Source of the DNA: Eledone cirrhosa
Taxonomy: Eukaryota
DNA: 64,000 nucleotides
NCBI GenBank assembly: GCA_964016885.1
Contig: OZ024740.1
Span: forward strand, 336,846,001 to 336,910,000
Direction: 5' to 3'
The notes under the pieces are model-generated. The model worked only from the letters and a program-made list of their open reading frames with translations. It made no database searches and was not told the origin of the DNA. The translations under genes and the position numbers were made by a program. This document shows positions 58,856-64,000 of this stretch, piece by piece (the stretch's first letter is position 1; each line of letters begins with the position of its first letter).

Positions 58856-61048
58856 ATCATCATCATCATCATCATCATCATTTTACGTCCGCTTTTCCCT
58901 GCTTGCAAGGGTGGGACGGGTCTTATTCAGCACAGCATCTCTCCACTCGTCACGGTCCCTCGTCATCTCCACCGTGAGCTTCAATGATCTGAGGTCTGTT
59001 CTCACCACCTCCGCCCATGTTTTTCGTGGTCTACCTCTACCACGTCTTCCTTCAACTGGCATTTCCTGGCACTTCTTCACCCATCGGTCATCCTCCATGC
59101 GCATCACATGTCCATACCACCTCAGTCTCCTCTCCCGTACACTACATTCTATCCCTCTCAGACAGTTTCTCTCTCAACACATTTATGCTGGGTCGTTCAC
59201 GCACATTTACACTGCACATCCAACGGAGCATGCTTGCCTCATTTCTCTCCAGCCGTCGCATATCCTCTGCGGTTGCTGCCCATGTCTCACTACCATGCAG
59301 CATCGCACTCCTCACACAGGCATCATACAACCGGCCTTTCGTACGCAGGGAGAAACCCTTCTTCGTCAACAGAAGAAGCAGCTCCCTAAACTTCTTCCAA
59401 CCCGTCCTTATTCTAGATACTATGGCCTCGGAACACCCTCCTCCCATGCTAATCTGATCTCCTAAGTACCGGAAGCTATCCACCACTTCTATAGCGCCCT
59501 CTCGCATTTGAAAAATGTGTCTATCAGTGCGACTTCTACTGTCTAATTTCCCTGTACATCTACTGCATACATATTTCTCCCTACCTGTTAGTTTGCCTGC
59601 TATCTCGCTACATCTCTTGTGTACCCAGGACCTGCATTGTGTGCATTTTATAGAATTTATGCCAGTTCCTTTTCTGCATATCGAACATGGCCATTTCCCT
59701 GACGGAATCAGGGTTTTGTCCTCTTTTCTACTCATCAACACTTTTGTCTTAGCTAGATTTACTCTCAGTCCTCTTGCTTCCAACTGCTGTTTCCATAGCC
59801 GGAATTTATTCTCTAGCTCCTCTACTGATTCTGCTATAAGAGCCAGATCGTCAGCATAGAGAAGTTCCCATGGACAGCCAGTCTTAAACTCCTCTATTAT
59901 GGCTTGGAGGACTATAATGAACAAGAGCGGGCTGAGGACTGAACCCTGATGTACTCCTACTTGTATCTGGAATTCCTCACTAAACTCCATTCCTACCCTG
60001 ACTTTACTGAGAGTACCTCTGCACAAATTTTGCACTGTCCTCACAAGCCATTCCTCAACACCTAGCTTCCTTAGAGACCACCAGATGACAGATCGGGGTA
60101 CCCTATCAAAGGCCTTCTCTAGGTCAACAAAGGCTAAGTATAGTGGCTTATTCTTCTCTAAGAACCTCTCTTGCATTTGTCTCACCAAGAAGAGGGCATC
60201 TGTTGTACTCTTCCCAGGCACTAAACCAAACTGCATCTCATCTAGTTTGACCCTTTCTCTAATTAGTTGTGCTAAAATCCTTTCTGCCACTTTCATAACC
60301 TGATCTATCAGTTTTATACCCCTATAATTGCTCCTCTCCAAAGCATCCCCTTTACCTTTGTAGCAATTTATGAGAATACTGCTGCACCAGTCTTTGGGTA
60401 TGACACCACCATATATAGCCTGATTGATGATGCGTGCAACCAGTTTAGTGCCTACGTCCCCTGATGCCTTCAGCATCTCAGCAACTATTCCCGATGGTCC
60501 GGCCGCCTTACCATTTTTCATTTCCCTAATCGCCTCTTGGACCCTATATTCGTCAATCTCAATAGCTGGTCCCTCTGTCGGATCTACCAAGGGTAATTTC
60601 TCTCTCTCCCATTCGTTCTCCACATTCATCAGTCTCTCATAATGACATTTCCAGGCCTCCTTTTTCTGGTCATTCGTGACACTAAGTACACCGGCATCAT
60701 CCCGGACACATTTATCTCCAACAACATCCTGATTTGCATTGACACACTGCCTTGCAATGTGGAACACCGCACGCCTCTGATCTTCCCGTCGCAGAACATT
60801 GGCAAACCTCCTACTCTCTGCCTCCCTGCGTGCTAAGTACACCTGACGTCTAGCTTCTCTCTTAGTGGCTGTATATTCTTCCCTACTCCCACCCTTTTTC
60901 CAAGCCTTTCATGCTAGTCTTTTGTCTCTAATAGCCTTATCTACTGTGCTGTTCCACCACCAGGTCACTCTCTGTCTGGTTGGAGCTCTGCTCCAGCCAC
61001 AGGTTTCATCAGTAGCCTGCAGCAAGTTGTCACGTAAGAACTTCCAGT
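58856..61048 (-). mobile_element. Second copy of the truncated RTE family B with a 2-bp deletion frameshift near 59160
   Basis: Same truncation point and near identity to 53621-55807. Confidence 0.95.
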
Positions 61049-61153
61049 TATATTGAAGGATTTGATAATATGTGCGAAGAAAAAGAAAATGTTAATATGT
61101 ATTGAGAATAATGAGTTAGATGATAGGCAGAAAAGAATAATGAATTGAGGATG

Positions 61154-61203
<50 letters not shown>

Positions 61204-61256
61204 ACATATATATATATATATACATACATATATATACATATATATATACATATATA

Positions 61257-63234
61257 ATATATAAGAACAAAAGATGGTTAAAGGAGTTCCATGTATTTTA
61301 TTATGCGCATTTCAAAAACAAATATCATCATGCAATAATATTTGTGTTTTCATCAGATAAAACAGGACATGATATGAAGGTTAAAAAACACTTGTGGATA
61401 GTTCAGTTTTAAATCAACATATGAGAAGTAGTTTTAGATTGATGTGTGATATTGGGAAAAATATTTTATTTAGAGGGGGGGGGGTGAAAAAAAGGAGATG
61501 AGAGTGAAGGTGGAGAGGGAGGAGTATAGTGAGGAAGGATGAGATAGGAGGAGAGATGGGTGATAGAGAGAGAGAGATAGTTTTTATAACTGAGAAAGAT
61601 ATATTGTTTTGCTTAGAGAGGTTGAAAACCGTTGGAAGATAATGTATAAATTAAAAGAATTTGAAAATTAACGATGAGAAAAATATGTGCGAAGAAAAAG
61701 GAGTTAATATGTATTGAGAATAATGAGTTAGATGATAGGGAGAAAAGAATAATGAATTGAGGATGAATATTCTAACGTCAAAAAAAATGTATATGTTTAC
61801 GAAGGATTTTTACAAGGTGATATAGAGTAAGAATGTGTTGTATTATGTAATAATTGATTCTATGTTAGGCAAGAGTGAGAAAAGGTACAGATTAGGGGTT
61901 AGATATTAGAAGAGAAGAAAAGGAAGTGATAAATATGGGTGATGTAGAAAGAGTAAACAAGTATTATAGAATTTGAAAATTAACGAAGAGAAAAATAATG
62001 TAAAGTTAAGGTTTGTATATTGAAGGATTTGAGAAAAATAATGTAAAGTTAAGGTTTGTATATTGAAGGATTTGATAATATGTGCGAAGAAAAAGAAAAT
62101 GTTAATATGTATTGAGAATAATGAGTTAGATGATAGGGAGAAAAGAATAATGAATTGAGGATGAATAACCTAGCGTCAAAAAAAATGTATATGTTTACGA
62201 AGGATTTTTACAAGGTGATATAGAGTAAGAGTAATGAGTAAACAAGTATTATAGAATGTATAATAACCTTTGAAATAAGGTAGAAAGATGGGTATATTTT
62301 TAAAAGAAGTGTATATATATGTGCCTTTGAGAAAAAGATTCTAAATTGATAAAGAATTGAATATTAGCTGTATACTTTGTGAAATGTTTTATGGAATTTA
62401 TGCAAGCAGATAGAAAACAAGTCAGTGCGTCTATTTATTATAGAATCTAGATTAGAGATAATGGTAAATTTTTCATTTAGACAGAGATTGCAGATTTTAG
62501 ATAGAGAACTGTTCAAGTATGAAGACGCAGAAGAAACCTTCTTCCAAAAGATGCTATATTTAATGTTTTTGTCTTTCAAGGACCATATGAGTTCTGAGAG
62601 AGCCGTGTTGGTTCTTTTAAGTTTGTATTTAAAAGACGAATGATGGTTATAAAGATGAGCTTTAAAAGAGGTGGAAGTGGAGCCAAAATAGGTGAAGGAA
62701 TTGGTGTCAGTTATAACTTTACATTCGTAAATTAAGTTTTTATCAAGACAATGGTTGTTGAGAGGACATTTATTTTTAATAGGGCAATTGCAATTGCAAT
62801 TAGAGAGATTATTAATGAGTGACCTAGTGTTATCTATAGAAGGAATTGGATTGGAGAAGTTGTTTGCGATAGGAATAATAGTTTCTTGATTTAGAATGGG
62901 ATTATGAACATTTAGCGAAGTTGTGTTTGACGTTGTATTTGGGGTTGTAGAAATTAGCCTAGGGTTTACGATGACGTCGGGAGTACTATTATTATGAAAT
63001 TCAGTGTTGGAAGGAAGAGATTTAGTATTTAGTATTTTATTGTTGTGTTTAGAGATAATGTTGGAAATGTTGGAGGATGTAGAATAAGAAAATTTTATGG
63101 TGTTAAATATTTTACTATAGATATGTGAGGGAGGGAAGCATTTATTTAAGGCACTAAAGAATAATTTAGGAATATTGTTATTAATAGAGATGGAGAAAGG
63201 AGCATTATACCAGATTATATTTTTGTATCTAGGT
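61257..63234 (-). mobile_element. Duplicate Penelope-like element
   Basis: The protein at 62364-63234 is identical to the first copy. Confidence 0.88.
61296..61362 (-). ncRNA. Type I hammerhead in the duplicated Penelope copy
   Basis: Copy of 56059-56125 at offset 5237. Confidence 0.85.
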
Positions 63235-63762
63235 ATATATATACATATATATATATATACATATATATATATACATATATATATATACATATATATATAT
63301 TCATATATATATATAGATATACATATATACATATATATATATATATACATATACATATACATATATTTTTATTTTAATTATATCTCATAGAAAATAATCC
63401 AACTGGCTTTCCACGAAATACATATAGTTAGCACCCCAAACACTAAATTTGGATTATACTAACGTATATCCTAATGTTTGTTGAGTGAGACGGTTACCAG
63501 TCGGAGTTTAGCTTAAAGCTTTCTCTGTTATTGTATTAATTATATATATACATATATATATATACATATATATATATACATATATATATATACATATACA
63601 TATATACATATACATACATATATATATATACATATATATATATATACATATATATATATACATATACATATATACATATACATATATACATATACATATA
63701 TATACATATATACATATATATATATATACCTATATATATATATACATATATATATATAAAAA

Positions 63763-63844
<82 letters not shown>

Positions 63845-63866
63845 ATACATATACATATACATATAC

Positions 63867-63898
<32 letters not shown>

Positions 63899-63908
63899 AT
63901 ACATATAC

Positions 63909-63975
<67 letters not shown>

Positions 63976-64000
63976 CACCTATATATATATACATATATAT

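Larger units (their letters stand above)
53621..64000. repeat. ~5.24-kb tandem segmental duplication (RTE-B + Penelope + microsatellites), second unit runs off the window
   Basis: Constant offset of 5237-5241 with only a handful of differences. Confidence 0.95.

Overview
AT-rich metazoan genomic DNA. The repeat landscape (vast (TA)n/(TACA)n tracts, tRNA-derived SINEs, RTE and Penelope elements) suggests an octopus or other cephalopod, which is an inference. The left half carries the 5' part of an SREBP gene on the minus strand: five GT-AG exons I could phase by hand (polyQ/Q-P-rich activation region, bHLH-Zip with the diagnostic EKRYR tyrosine, Fbw7-type degron) and a candidate first exon near 30.4 kb. 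The transmembrane and C-terminal exons lie outside the window. The right half is mostly transposon sequence: a near-intact RTE LINE with a PHD finger inside the RT, Helitron ends, and a ~5.24-kb tandem duplication of RTE plus Penelope. The most notable item is a non-coding 559-bp tandem unit at 48.1-49.7 kb. Each unit carries an extended type I hammerhead ribozyme, and the array has a twin-priming-like inversion and sits between ~265-bp direct repeats, so it is a candidate new retrozyme (circRNA retroelement). Several further minimal hammerheads in Penelope-like termini are scattered across the window. All folds and alignments were done by eye.
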